DNA from: Cetorhinus maximus
Lineage: Eukaryota
Direction: 5' to 3'
NCBI RefSeq assembly: GCF_964194155.1
Contig: NC_135908.1
Span: forward strand, 4,650,001-4,714,000
Length of the DNA: 64,000 nucleotides
Position numbers and translations under genes: made by a program. Below are positions 1-13,203 of the stretch, in pieces. Position 1 is the first letter of the stretch. Each line of letters begins with the position of its first letter. The notes under the pieces were generated by a model. It ran no database searches and was not told the origin of the DNA. It saw only the letters and a list, made by a program, of their open reading frames with translations.

Positions 1-891
1 TCAGGTGTGTAACACACACCAGCTATTTGTTTGTGTGTGATCTGAACTGGACACACATTTCCCATGTAACTAACTGCACATGATGCCTCCAGAAAACCAA
101 CAATGTGTCTATTTTAAGCTCTATCTGCAGAAGGCCCTGATGCTTGCTTCTTAATTGCCACAGGTACCGGGCATCCTCCAGTATCACGTACAGGTGGGTC
201 ACTAATCATTTTGGGCATAGTGACATTGGACAAATCGCTACACTTAGCTACAGGTAGACTTACGGCACCAAGATCCCCAAATTTGTACAGACAGTCCAGG
301 AAAATGCTGGTTTCTGATAAAGATCTGAGCAATAACAAATTTCACACTCAAGCCGAAACAGTGACCTTACTTGACAGTGACAAGCATCCTATTCTTGCGT
401 AAGGTTTACCATTCTCATGGTCTGTTCACCTGGAAGACCACCAGCAGTCAAACCTGGGGCCTACTGACGGGCAGATCTCAGCAAAAACCGGAAAAGAACA
501 TCAGGCAGCAAGATCCTTGCATCAAAGTCACCACACAACAGGATCATGAGAGCACAGCAAGAGCCAATGAGCTAATCCACAGCACCAAAAAAAAAACAGA
601 AAATAAAAATGAGAACTTTTCCACACACGTGAACAGGGAAACAAATCAAGATACTGGAAACAAGGCCAGTGGGCTAAATACCACATTTTGAGGAATGTTA
701 TAAGCTCCTCATGCTGCAGTTCCTTGTTTTATTGCAAATGGAGGCCTTGGGTATCATTTGAAATCTCGTCTCGCCTTCATCGGTGGTCTCGGCCCCCCCA
801 GCAGATGCAACATTTGGCACTTGGTTTGCTAAGCAGTAATTTAACGGCTCAGATTTACCTTCCAGAAATCAGGGCCGAAAAGGTCACGTAC

Positions 892-1041
892 CTCAAACGG
901 TGCGATAGTGAAAGTTTTAGATCGGAGGTCAACTTTCTGCCAGTGGTCAATAAAAGGCAACAAGAGGATCATTCCGGGGCCTTTGCTGCCAATGATCCTC
1001 CCTAAGCGGAACACGACAAATCGCTCGTACTTCGGCACTGA
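892..1041 (-). CDS. STOML1: Stomatin-like protein 1, coding exon 3 (start of SPFH/band-7 domain); gene continues beyond the left edge
   Basis: 150-nt phase-0 exon SVPKYERFVVFRLGRIIGSKGPGMILLLPFIDHWQKVDLRSKTFTIAPFE, acceptor ...tttacaactgcag and donor GAG|gtacgt; matches the STOML1 motif VPxYERxxVFRLGRI...GPGMxLLLPFID...VDLR. Confidence 0.9.
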
Positions 1042-2158
1042 CTGCAGTTGTAAACAGAAACAGCGAGTAAGACGCTATTAGTAACTTGCAGTCCCCAACA
1101 TCCCACACCACAAAGCATCTAGAACTCAATGGCTCAGTCGGAGCTGTTCCTAAGTCATAACTGGGGTGAACAATTTGTATTTACCATGGGAAAATGGGGA
1201 AGAACCCCAGGATGTAAATCTCAAACACCAGTACAAGCCCCTGGAGTATCATGCGATCAAAGCAGAATTTAATGTATTAACAAGAAAAAGAAACGCCAAA
1301 AACTAGTGTTTCTGGTCATGAAACGTAGCCACCAGAGTCCTGGCATTATTCAAATTGCTGAAAATGTGGTGGCTGGGTTATTGGAGGACAGGAAAGCTGT
1401 CTTCAGGGCAGGCGGGGTGGGGGGGTAGCGCAGAAGCAGCGAATACTGGAAGATTGACCCACCCTTGTACCAAACTTCATTTCCCTCAGTGGTCTTCCAC
1501 TCGCCCATTGTTTTGATTCAAGCCTCATTCCAGGGCTTGAACACACAAATGTAGGCCGACCTCTTAGTGCAGCACCGAGTGTTGCACTGCTATTCAAGTA
1601 AAACATTAAGCCAAGGTGCTTCTTTCCTAACTCAATAGTTGCGATAGGTTAAAGATCCCATAGAGCAGGGAATTCCCTGGTGGCTTAGCTAATATTCCTC
1701 CCTCAAGATTTCCTGGTCTTTAGTTTCATTCTTGTTTGTGGGATCTTACTATGTGCAGTATTACTGCTTCCATTACAGCGTGTTCAAGCTTGTACGTGGA
1801 GAGATATAAGGTGCTATATAAAGGCACTTTCAGTGATATAATTTTACAATTTTATTTCAAGAGAACATTTTTCTGCTGTAATCAGAATTCCAGTACCACA
1901 GACAAAGCTGATGGTATTTAGCGTCATCACAGACTTGCCAGAAGGTGACACCTAGGAGCGGGCACTCTGGCTGAATATTTTCCAATCCTAGGCCACAAGT
2001 GTCCCAACTTAGATCAGATAATTCAGCGCTGACTGGTAACCGAGAGCCTCCTACTCTCTTAATTCTGCTGCAGAAGGGGCCACTATGGGCACTATGGGCC
2101 GGGGTGGGGGTGGAGGTGGAGAGAGTGCAAATCAGATTTGGTGTTTTGGATTGTGTAC

Positions 2159-2265
2159 CTTTAGAACAAACCATCCTGTGATTGGAAAAGTGAGTATCAC
2201 CAACAGAGAAGTAAGGACGGTCAGAATCCAACTGCATATCAACTCCGGACAACCCTGGGTACTAT
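2159..2265 (-). CDS. STOML1: STOML1 coding exon 2 (hydrophobic membrane hairpin)
   Basis: 107-nt exon absent from the ORF track: ttcctctttcag|AT AGT...CTA AAG|gtacac, giving (D)STQGCPELICSWILTVLTSLLVILTFPITGWFVLK, similar to STOML1 LLxxTFPISGWFxLK; phases join exon 1 (phase 1) and exon 3 (phase 0). Confidence 0.88.
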
Positions 2266-3021
2266 CTGAAAGAGGAATGGTACCTTATTTAAAAGAGAGA
2301 GCAGATTTAGATTGAACAATCAAGGTAATATAAACAGTGGAAGGTTCTTTCTGATGCAAAATTTTTTAAACACACATAGATTGTGATCTGTTGAATTGAA
2401 ACCAGAAACATCATTTGAAAAACTTGACTGTAATGTTAGGGTGCTTATTCTGATTACTGGAATTGTCCTGCTCATTGACATAGGAACAGGAGTAGGCCTT
2501 TCAGTCCCTTCTCATTCAATTAGATCATGGCTGATCTATACTTCAACGCCATTTTCCTGCCTTTTGTTCCATATCCCTTGACACCATGCCTAACAAAAAT
2601 ATAACATTTGGTTTAAGAAAAGGGGTTTTAAAATATTGTTAATAATCAAGGACTATTTAACATTTGATTATTATTGCTTCCATATAATCATACATTTTGA
2701 TAATAAATTACTTAGTTCAACTTAGCCTGAGCTACATTTGCTGGTGGAAGGCTGTTTTAAGAATCACAGAATCTTTACAGCACAGGAGGTGGCTATTCGG
2801 CCCGAGTCTGCACTAGCACTCCGAAAGAGCATTCTACCTAGTTCCACTCCCCTCCCTTATCCCCGTAACCATGTACATTATTTTCAGATAGCAATCCAAT
2901 TGAGGCTGTTAAGGAAAAAGTTGAACTGTATGTGGGATGAGCCATATATTTTTTCTGTTGCCTAACCCAGCAATAGAACAGTAAATTGTTTGTCCTGGAC
3001 CAACACCATCCTAGACGTTAT

Positions 3022-3443
3022 GTCAGCTGCGGCTCGGTTGTTAGCACCCTTGCCTGTGGGGGGTTCAAGTCTCACTCCAGAGCTTGAGCACAAAAGTGAA
3101 GGCTGACACTCCAGTACAGTACTGAGGAAGCTGTCATTTTGGGTGAGGTGTTAAACCAAGGTCTCATCTCCTTTCAGGCGGACGTAAAAGATCCCATAGC
3201 ATTATTTTGAAGAGTTGCGGAGTTCTCCCCAGTGTCCTCGCCAATACTTATCCCTCAATCAACATCACAAAACAGATTATCTGGTGATTATCGCATCGCT
3301 ACTTGTGGAAGCTTGCTGTGCGCCAAATGACTTCCTACATTACAGCACTGACTACACATCAAAAGTACTTCATTGGCTGTAAAGTGCTTTGGGAAATTTG
3401 ATGGTCATGAAAGGCATTATTAAATGTAAGTCTTTCTTTTTTT
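3022..3443 (+). mobile_element. DeuSINE-type SINE (tRNA head, Deu domain, L2-like tail)
   Basis: Pol III-like head (ggctcggttgttagcac...gggttcaagtctcactcc), Deu-domain core gtaaaagatcccatagcattattttgaagag...gtgtcctcgccaatacttatccctc, tail aaatgtaagtctttc. More degraded copies near 1520-1830(+), 25590-25820(+), 27380-27790(-), 37225-37545(-), 39690-40130(-), 50240-50590(-), 54425-54830(+). Confidence 0.75.
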
Positions 3444-5099
3444 AATTTTATGTATTATGTCAGGTTTCAACTCATACGAGGCATGGATTTGTCTATGAAA
3501 GCTGATTCCTGCATTAAGCACAAGGAAGATTATTGGAATGGAGCCAAAAGTGTCATCAGTTACATTTATTCCCAGAGCTAAATGCCACAGAAATTGAATT
3601 GTGGAATAAAACTACAAATGTAGTCATCTGGGCATCCTCTCTGCTTTTATGGCAGAAGTGTTAACATAAATGTTATTAATACACTTACACTAAAGAAATT
3701 TCAGACAAAGCTGTAAATATTTATTGTAAACTCTTCACCCAAAGAGCGATAGGAGTGTAGAACTTGCTGTTACAAGGAACGGTCAAGACAAATGGCATGG
3801 ACGCATCGATAAACACGAAGGGAAGATGAATAGAAGGTTACATTGATGGGATTAGAAGAAGAGGGGTAGGAAAAGATTGGTATGGAGCATAAACACTGGC
3901 ATAGGGGGTCAAAAGGCCTATTTCTGTGCTGTAAGTTCTACCCATGAGGCTTGCAATGCATTTTGGAATTGCTATCCTCAGGTGTCTTCATAGAATGATA
4001 CAGCAAAGAAGAGGGGGCCATTCAGCCCATCACAAATGTGCTAGCTCTTTAAAGAGCTATCGAGTCTTCTGCACTGGAGAGATCCACTTGACAACTTTCT
4101 TTTTCACCACTGAACGATCCTCTTCTTGCAATGAGCAAACCAACTTTCCCCAAGTCACAATACAGGCAGGTATATAATCTGAGGAAATTTTTTAGAAGAT
4201 GACAGCTGTGGCTGAAAGCAAAAAAACATCACATGCCTAGGTGTGTGATGTGTCTCAGGTGTAGAAGTCAAGTGATACCCATCAGTAATGGTAACAACTC
4301 ACTTCAATTTCATAAGCATAGCCTAATTTTGGCATCTTCCAGTGTTAGATACAAACAACCTCTGTAAATGATACAAAAGTAGGTTTGATCCTTTCTCCAA
4401 CCCATTCCTAATCTGAGCAAAAGCTGTAGGATAGGGCAACGATGAGAAATATTAGATGGGGATGTCATGTCCCTGATACAGAGTACTCGTTAGCAATAGG
4501 AGCAGATTGCACATATTCCAGACAGATGGCAAAGTAATACATTCAAGGGGAATGAGAAATCAACTTCGGGGGAAAAAAATTTAAGTGCTCATTTTACCTC
4601 ACTCGTTAAAGCACCAACTCTTGCTGGGTCACAGTTTGCATTTTTAATTTTATAAAAATAGACAATATATTGAAAAACTATTTTAAAAATGTACAAATGT
4701 TTTTAAACTGTCTTAATGTTATGAAATCCCAAAAAGATTGATTTTTAATTATTTATAATAAAATCTCATGACAAACAATGCATCATCATTTCATTATTAA
4801 ATGAGGAATATTCTAGTTATTACTCTAGTACTGCTCCCATTGTTCAGTGGTTACCTGAACCACAAACCCCTCCCCATCCCCCTGGACCTTGACTCTCCCC
4901 TCCTCCCTTGATCCTGGACACCCTCTGATCCCAACCTCCCAGACCTCAACTCTCCCATTTTCCCGACTCAGGTCCCAGATCCTATCCAAGAGCACCACCC
5001 CCACCATCACCAGACCTCAACTCTCCTCGTTCCCCCTTGACTCCAGACTCCCAAATACAATCTCCAAACACTGCCCTCCCCAACCCCACCTCTACCCTA

Positions 5100-6480
5100 A
5101 CCCCCAGATTCCAACCCCCACCCCCAGATCTCCCTAAACCACCCACCTCCCAAAAACCCCACTGACCCTCTCAGATCCTGTCCCCCCTACTCCAGATCCG
5201 TCCGCAAACTGGATGCCCCCAATGATTCCCCACTCTGGATCTCCCCGCCTCCCCCAATCCCCCACCCCAATCACACCTCCCCCACCACCGCCGGCCACCC
5301 CACCTCAGCCCCCTCCCCCACTCCTCTCTCCCCCCATCCCCCAACTCTCCCCCTCCTCTTCCCCCCACTCCCCCCCCTCCTCTTTCCCCCACCCTCCACT
5401 CTCTCACACTTTCCCCCCACACCCCTCCCCCCCACTCCACTCTCTCCCCCCTCCCCCCACACTCCCCTCCCCTGCACCTCCCCCCACTCCCCTCCCCTCC
5501 CCCCCACTCCACTCTCTCCCCCCTCCTCCCCCTACCCTCCTCCCCTGCACCTTCCCCCCACTCCCCCTCCCCTCTCCCCACTCCCTCCCCCTCCTCTCCC
5601 TACCCCCCCCACCCACACTCCCCCTACCCCCCCACCCACACTCCCCCTACCCCCCCACCCACACTCCCCCTACCCACCCCCCCACACTCCCCCTACCCCC
5701 CCCACCCACACTCCCCCTACCCACCCCCCCCACTCCCTCCACCCCCCCTACCCCCCCCCACTCCCCCTACCCACCCCCCACACTCCCCCTACCCCCCCCA
5801 CTCCCCCTACCCACCCCCCACACTCCCCCTACCCACCCCCCACACTCCCCCTAACCCCACCCCCCACACTCCCCCTACCCACCCCCCACACTCCCCCTAA
5901 CCCCACCCCCCACACTCCCCCTAACCCCACCCCCCACACTCCCCCTAACCCCACCCCCCACACTCCCCCTAACCCCACCCCCCACACTCCCCCTAACCAC
6001 CCCCCACACTCCCCCTAACCACCCCCCACACTCCCCCTAACCACCCCCCACACTCCCCCTAACCACCCCCCACACTCCCCCTAACCCCACCCCCCACACT
6101 CCCCCTACCCACCCCCCACACTCCCCCTACCCACCCCCCACACTCCCCCTAACCCCACCCCCCACACTCCCCCTAACCCCACCCCCCACACTCCCCCTAA
6201 CCCCACCCCCCACACTCCCCCTTCCCCCCCCCCACACTCCCCCTTCCCCCCCCCCCACACTCCCCCTTCCCCCCCCCCCCCACACTCCCCCTTCCCCCCC
6301 CCCCACACTCCCCCTTCCCCCCCCCCCACACTCCCCCTTCCCCCCCCCCCACACTCCCCCTTCCCCCCCCCCCACACTCCCCCTTCCCCCCCCACACTCC
6401 CCCTTCCCCCCCCACACTCCCCCTAACCCCACCCCCCACACTCCCCCTAACCCCACCCCCCACACTCCCCTCCCTTCCCA
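5100..6480. repeat. C-rich/G-rich minisatellite (22-24-bp units, e.g. ccccaccccccacactccccctaa) in STOML1 intron 1
   Basis: Tandem units directly visible at about 5600-6470 with variant ends ctac, ctaa and cttc, decaying into low-complexity C-rich sequence toward 4860. Confidence 0.95.
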
Positions 6481-6491
6481 CCCACCTTTAC

Positions 6492-6591
6492 CGGTTCGGA
6501 GGTCTTTCCGGGCGGAACCCAAGTTGTTCTCCTTCCCCTGGTGCCCGGCCCGAAGGTTTTCCTCGTTACTGGGGACTGACTGGTAGCTCAT
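6492..6591 (-). CDS. STOML1: STOML1 coding exon 1
   Basis: ATG at 6591 in a CpG-rich region; MSYQSVPSNEENLRAGHQGKENNLGSARKDLRT plus G, then donor CCG|gtaaag; 100 nt, phase 1, compatible with exon 2. Confidence 0.78.
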
Positions 6592-6600
6592 CCTCAGCGG

Positions 6601-6740
6601 CCCCTCCGGTCCGGTTCCCTCACTCGGCGCCCGGGCCCCTCCGGCCCGGTTCCCTCACTCGGCGCCCGGGCCCCTCCGGCCCGGTCCCCTCACTCGGCGC
6701 CCGGGCCCCTCCGGCCCGGTTCCTTCACTCGGCGCCCGGG
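6601..6740. repeat. Four copies of a 35-bp GC-rich tandem repeat just upstream of the STOML1 ATG
   Basis: cccctccggYccggtYccYtcactcggcgcccggg at 6601, 6636, 6671 and 6706. Confidence 0.95.
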
Positions 6741-7030
6741 CCGCACATTGTGACCCACTCCGCCGCTGTCACCATAGAGCTGCCGACAAGGAGCAAAGCG
6801 CGCCAAGAGCGGCGGGGGGTTGGGGGGGCAGAGTCAGTCCGACAGCGCCCCCTAGAATCTTGGAGGACTCTTCCAATCCTCCCACTCACACTCATCCAGC
6901 GTAGGAGGCCACTCGACCCATTGCGCATGGGCTATCCAATTCGTCCCACTTCCCCATTTGCCTCAATGCTTGGATTTGGAGACAGCCAATTCAAATCAGC
7001 CAGCAGAGCCAAGCCTGGAAGTGGCAAGGT
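6741..7030 (-). promoter_or_regulatory. Probable STOML1 CpG-rich promoter with a CTCF-like site and CCAAT motifs
   Basis: CpG-rich segment upstream of exon 1; 6843-6855 reads CTAGGGGGCGCTG on the minus strand (CTCF core-like); CCAAT near 6936 and 6986. Confidence 0.5.
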
Positions 7031-8319
7031 TGTTAGTGGCATGTGGGTGTGGGGGTGGGGGTGGGCAAGGTAGGCAACATAGACAGCCCCTAGAATATGG
7101 GTAGGGCATGATACTCAATGCAAGGATAGGACAGGTGTCATTCGAGAAAGAAGCTCGGTAGTGGCATCTATTTCTATCATATGCTAGGAAATTCCTTTTC
7201 CTCTGAATATACCTAATAGTCTTAATCTTAACTGTTCCCAGAAAACCTTTCGTAAAATAGCTGTTTCATGCATTTCTGAAGCTGCTAGTTTGTTAAAGGT
7301 AGTAGGTTGCATGGAAAAAAAAAGTATAAACAAAAAAATTCCCAAGCACGCCTGTGCAGATGGTCATTGGGTCAAAGGTTTATCAAAATCATACAACCGT
7401 TTTATTCTTACTATAATGTGATAAATTTCATAGAAAACTAACTGGATACTTACAGTTCTGCCTTCATCTGGAAAGAGATCATTTGGACAAAGCCCGTTTG
7501 TCAAAACTGACGCAGAAAGCAGAGCCCCTGACCAGCGGTCCAACAACTTGCACCTTAAAAAAAGGTATCAAAGTACTTTCAAAAGAGGGGAGATGAGGAG
7601 AAAAGGAACTGGAAGGAATAAAGATGAAAAGACAGCCACAAAGTTGTAAGGTGACATTTGAAGGAGGGTGACACTTTTAACAAAGGGCCTTATTCAAAAT
7701 CGTCTTTTCTCTTCCAAGTGCTGATGGACCTTTCCAGCATTTACTGTTTGCACTTCAGATTTCAAATATTCAGTTTTAGATTACCAAGCGAATTAATGAT
7801 TGTGAAAAGGAAAACATTGATTCTTGACACATTTGAAAGTCATCACATATTTTATTTCGAACTCCACATGTACATTGACAACAGGATGAAGGAATGCTGA
7901 TCACTAGCATCAACATTTTTTCTCAATTTTCAGCTAAGAACATGGGTAAATAATTGAACATACTATTTGTTACAGTCTACTCTTAATCATTTCATCCCAT
8001 TGTACGCTGATCACCAAATTTACTCCTAAAACCAAAGGTTTGTCTAAACAGCAAAGTGCTTCTTTCTGATGCAATTCATGGGCCACACACCATCTATGGT
8101 TTGCCAGGTAATGATCTCATTCCCTCCCCCCATTCTGACTAAGCCCTTAAACACCGTGCATGAGGTATAGGGGAGAAAGTGAGTATTCATTTATGGCCAG
8201 CCTCAATCCATGTTTAGCAGCTAAATTCAAGGACCTTAAATGATAAACAGACTTGGATGTCTCAAAAATGGCTGCTCCCACTGCTTTCACATTCAGTCCT
8301 TCCTAAAGATGTCGATTTT

Positions 8320-9172
8320 TAATTTTTTTAATTCATTCATGGGACGACAGAGTCTCTGGCAAGGCCAGTATATATTGCACATTCCTAGTTGCCATTGGGT
8401 AGTTTAGACACAGTTGAGTGTTTTGCTAGGCATCGGTGAGAGTCTGGAATCATGTATGAGCCAGAATGGGCAAGGACCGCAGCTTTCATAGGAACTTAGG
8501 AGCAGGAGTAGGCCATTCAGCCCCAAGCTTGCTCCACCATGCAATAAGATCACGGCTGATCTGGTTGTTGTCTCAACTCCACTTTGCCATACCCCCCCCA
8601 TAACCTTCGACACTCCCTTGACCATCAAAAGTCTGTCTAATTCTGCCTTGAATAAATGCAGTGACCCAGCCTTCACTGCTTTCTGGGGAAGAGAATTCCA
8701 CATACCAACAACCACAGAGAAAAATATCCTCCTCATCTCCATCTTAAACAGTAGACCTCTTACTCTTAAATTGTGCCCCCGGCTTTGTCTCCCCCAGAAG
8801 TGGAAACAACCTCCCGGTATCCACCCTATCAAATCACCTCAGGATCATCTATCTTTCAATAAGATCACCCCCTCATTGTTCTAAACACCAACGGGTATGG
8901 GCCCAACCTGTCCAAACTTGCTTCATAAGCCCCTCATTCCAGGAATGAGTCGAGCGAGCCTTCTCTGAGCTGCTTCTAATGCAATTATATCTTTCCTTCC
9001 CTAAAAGGGCACTCGTGAATCGGTTGAGTTTTAATGACAATCTGACCGCTTCCTGGTCACTGACATCGGTTTTAAATTCCAGATTTTTAAATTGAATACA
9101 AATTCTCACTTTGCCCGGATTATTAGTCTGGGCCTCTGGATTACTAGTGCAGTAACATAGCCGATATACTAC
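8320..9172 (-). mobile_element. LF-SINE-like SINE interrupted by a CR1 3' fragment (about 8487-8990, minus)
   Basis: SINE tail (ctggcaaggccagtatatattgcac) at 8320-8480 and head/body (ttccttccctaaa...gggcctctggattactagtgcagtaac) at 8990-9172 flank a CR1 3' end (aggagcaggagtaggccattcagccc...gaattccac). Confidence 0.6.
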
Positions 9173-9182
9173 CATAATATTT

Positions 9183-9310
9183 GCACAGGGACTGCAGCGG
9201 TTCAAGAAGGCGGCTCACCACCACCTCCTCAAGGGCAACTAGGGATGGGCAATAAATGCTGGCCCAGCCAGCGAAGCTCACATTCCATGAATGAATGTTT
9301 AAAAAAAAAA
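9183..9310 (+). mobile_element. CR1 3' terminus with the tail shared by LF-SINE-like SINEs
   Basis: GLQRFKKAAHHHLLKGN-stop followed by ggatgggcaataaatgctggcccagccagcg...atgaatgaat and poly-A; similar minus-strand copies near 15885-16255 and 41712-42148. Confidence 0.7.
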
Positions 9311-12300
9311 CAGATAGGTGCAGTTTCTTTCCCTCAATGTAGTGGGAGGCAGATCGACAGATGTGGCAGATCAGTAAGGGGCAGGCTTCAAGGCCAAACT
9401 TGGGCCTATATTCAATACAGGTGCACTTTCCAGTAGGGGGTCACCAGATAGCAGCTGGGGTTGGGAGTGCTATTCTAATTTTCTGCCCCAGCGATAGTGC
9501 ATCCTTAATTGCCACCATCAGCCAAGAGCAGCTGAAGGACGCAACGCAGCATATGGGTCAATGCTGAGACCTTCCTGGTCTCTGTCCCTCAATTCCACAC
9601 CACCAAGTGCAGCACTTACCAACCAAAGCTCACAGGGCAGAACAAGCACATTCCTTGAGAATTGTATTTTATTTTTGTTTTTAAACCCCAAGTGTAAAAC
9701 ATTCAAGAGTAGAAGCAGCAGCCTACAAAAGTTGGAGAAATGAGCCTGAGGGACTGCAAGGCAACTACAGAGGGGACAGCTGGGGTAAAACAGTCAGTGT
9801 CTGACAAGCAACTGCTTTTACAATACTGGTAACCTACCAGAAGAATGTACCTGCCCATTAACACTGGTGGTACTCAACATGCCTTCAAACCTGCGTCTCA
9901 GTTCTTGTTCAGAGCTCACTCCCTTAGGCTGGGCTCCATTGACAGCAGGCCAACTTGGAAACTGCTAATTCAAGGCATGTAATGATGAACAGAAAACAAA
10001 TGTTGGAACTGCTGGGTGAAAAGGCGGGTGGATCAAGACTTTTTGCCAGAACACAGCTCTAGTGGTGGTTCTGCCAAGAGGAGGAGTGGGGGGTGTGGGG
10101 CAACGGTGGAACCCACTGCATTAACATTTTTGTCTGTCTGGATCTAGAGGAATTAATTTTGCTGCACATAACTTTATTTAACTTTTAATCACCCTAGTTA
10201 TTGGCACATACTTCAATTTTCTAATCTTCCTTTCACTGCCTCACCAAGATGAACTTCTCCCAGAGAGTGGTTAGAATGTGGAACTCACTACCACAAGGAG
10301 CAGTTCATGCAAATACTGTAGATGCATTTAAACATAAACGGTGGAGGAACAAATAGGATGAGTTGGTGAAATCAGATGAAGGGTGGAAAGAAGCTCATGT
10401 GAAGCACAAACACCAGCATAAGCCAGTTGGCTCAAATGGTCTCTTTCAATGCTGTAAATACTGTCAAACTGGGTAATACTCCTTCTTGCTTCCATGTTAA
10501 GCAGTTCACAGATCATTTAACCGTTAACTTCCTCTTGCTTTGGTGGCTGGACAATCTGCTCTCTATCCCTCCCCACCTATATGTTTCCAACAGCAAATGA
10601 AGGGTGAATATGCAAAATCCCAATCCTTTTGCATGTCTTTTTTCTGATGTCAACTGAACAATAGTTCAGATTTTCCACCGTTTTACAATTTCAGCTCACA
10701 TTTTCAGCAGTTTCCTTTTTATTTGCCACCATTTCTAGTTGTGATCAGCAACCACTGATCAATCATTAACCCAGAAAGCATGCTGGCAACTGAACAATTA
10801 GCAGCCGAAGCTTAATGATGCTTGTATATTGATAATGTGCCCTCCAACTGCAGGCACATTGTATTCCTGCACCAAGAACAAAGCAGTAGCAAGGAAGTAG
10901 ACTATATCTCCCAACAGCGTACCAGGAGCCACAATCTTGGTTTCTGAGATCACCTGCTGGCGCGAGCCCAAAATACAGGCCTCTAACACTTCTGGAACAC
11001 TGGCTTGCGCTAGAGCATCTAGGTCTGCTATGCAGAGAAATTCTCCCCCTGCCATACAGAAGCACCAAAGTCCCTTGTACCTAACGTGCATCTTTCCTTT
11101 ACTCCCTTATCTCTCCTTAAACTATCTTCTAGCAATCATATCTGTCTTTTTACCAATTCAGTAGCAGCTGATTCAGATCAGTTCAAGACTTTTTAATGTT
11201 GAATTAAGTCCCAATATAAAAAAAGACTAAGCATTAGATTCACATCTCAAAGTGGAAGACAGATGATTAATTTACATTTCCCCTCCAATTTGTGAAACTT
11301 CAGAATTTTTTCTTGAAGCAGCCAAACTGCTTATACAGTTTTCAACTTTTATCATCTCCTGCACCATGATCCTTGACTTCTCAATTTGAGGTAAAGGTTC
11401 ATTCAGCTTTATAAAACTCTGAAGGAAAAATAAATCTAGTCTAACTGTATATCTTCATTAAAATAGCAGTTTCCTCCTCCTCTGCCTCTCAGCTTCCAGA
11501 ATACACAATGAGCTTCAATTCACAGCAGCATATGTTTAAGGTCTGAGGTAAACTTTCATTGTGTAATTAAAATGAGCAAATGTAGTGCAAGACAGCATGC
11601 CTTCGGTACCATCTGTTTAGATATGTCTGTAGCAATCAATCAAGGACAGAATGGCAGTAATGCTGTTAATCCACAGATACTGATTTGACACAATGTGGAA
11701 CGGGAAGGGTAGAGTTAAATGCTAGTTAGTCTGTCAAACAAAGAACAGTTCTTCTCCCTAGCACTTAAACGCTGGTTACATTTTACATTGGGGGAGGCGG
11801 GGGCGGCAGCACCTGCCCAACACAAAATTCTGCAGGTGATTCCAGTACCTGGTTGAACACCGCGTGGTTATACCTCCTCCTCACAGTGATGTCCCTCCAC
11901 TGATGCCAGCGTTCAATCCCCCAGATGTGTTGCACAGGCTGCAGAGCGGGAGGTATTTTGTTCTGGAGTGTAACTGACTGGTGAGTAACTCTAGCCAGAA
12001 ACCTGCTGACAAGAGACGCCATTCCCACAGGTATTGTCAGACAGGCTTTGCCATAATGCTTCAGAGAAATACTCAAATTTTGCATAGCCTCTCATCTTAA
12101 TATTCTAGAGCAGTTAAAAAAAAAATCCTTTCTTCTGAATTGCAAGGCATATCTAAAAGTATTTGAACAAGCCCTCCACACCATGGTCCCAATAATATAC
12201 CATGATATGATTTTAAATATGATCAAAAACAAAATCAACACTACGATGTTATTATTGGATAAATACTTGAAAATGACTCATTTGCCAGGGGTAGGGAAAT

Positions 12301-12562
12301 GGGATTAATTGGATAGCTTCTTCTAAGAGCTAGAGGTCAAATGGCCTCCTTCTATGCTGTGCATTTTGTGATTTGTAACACAATTGTCAGGGGCAGGGGG
12401 TGATGGCAGGGGGTGATGGCAGGGGAGGATCCAAACAAAAGATAGTGTTTCCAAAAACACAATTCCCTAAAGTTGAAAAATCTGGTGCACCATCCAGTTT
12501 GCGTGTGATGAGACAGCCGGACAGGCGAAGGAATCCTCACTGAACACCAGCACATTGAAACA

Positions 12563-12568
12563 TTTATT
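12563..12568 (-). terminator. Candidate MPI polyadenylation signal (AATAAA)
   Basis: AATAAA on the minus strand about 640 nt past the MPI stop, followed by GT-rich sequence; an ATTAAA at 13167-13172 is an alternative. Confidence 0.35.
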
Positions 12569-13203
12569 GGAAGAAGAAACTTAATGCCCTGTTCTATTTA
12601 AAAGGATGGTTAGGAATTATAGCAGCTGCCACTTCTACACAACCACAGGGTTAGCTGAACAGTCCTGAAATGAGGTATTAAATGTCAAGAAGTAGAACAT
12701 TGGTCATTACCTCAGTATTGCAACAACTTTGGCTCCAACTCCCAAAGCATTGATGTTCTTTGGACAGTTTAAAAACATGTTCTTTCCCCCATCAACCAGG
12801 AGTTGGGCATCCAAGTTCACCAGCAAACGAAGTGGCCTCTGACCACAGATCGTTATGACAAAGCCTTGTGAAACAGCCAGGCTGTACATTGCTAATTCAG
12901 CAAACTCGTGGATCTGATGGGGTGGGGGGTTGTGTGGAACTGAATACTTCAAAACTAAAACAAACATGTTGTTCCAGGACAAAGCAACAAAAGACACTAT
13001 ATTATCTCGACTGAAATAAAGCAAGGGAAAAGGGATTAGCAGATAAAATATTTTAACAGTGTAAATTTTGAATCTCATCACAGATGCATAATAGATTAAC
13101 CTCTTTCGTACACATCGCCCCAGCACAAAATGTCCACTGGTCTACAGTACTACGGTGCAGTGCATTTTTAATCACAAGGATATGGAATGGAGGTTGAGAG
13201 AGG

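Noticed and set aside
5171-6491. Long Pro-rich and Gly-rich ORFs (e.g. 5213-5854 plus, read-through of 6127-6591 minus)
   Set aside because: They are translations of the C-rich minisatellite; only 6492-6591 is coding, ending at a donor in phase with exon 2.
10766-13126. Minus-strand ORFs 10798-11091, 11783-12085 and 12707-13126 as a hidden gene between MPI and STOML1
   Set aside because: No recognisable homology and no consistent chain of splice sites; probably MPI 3' UTR and intergenic sequence. A tblastx conservation check would be needed to exclude them fully.
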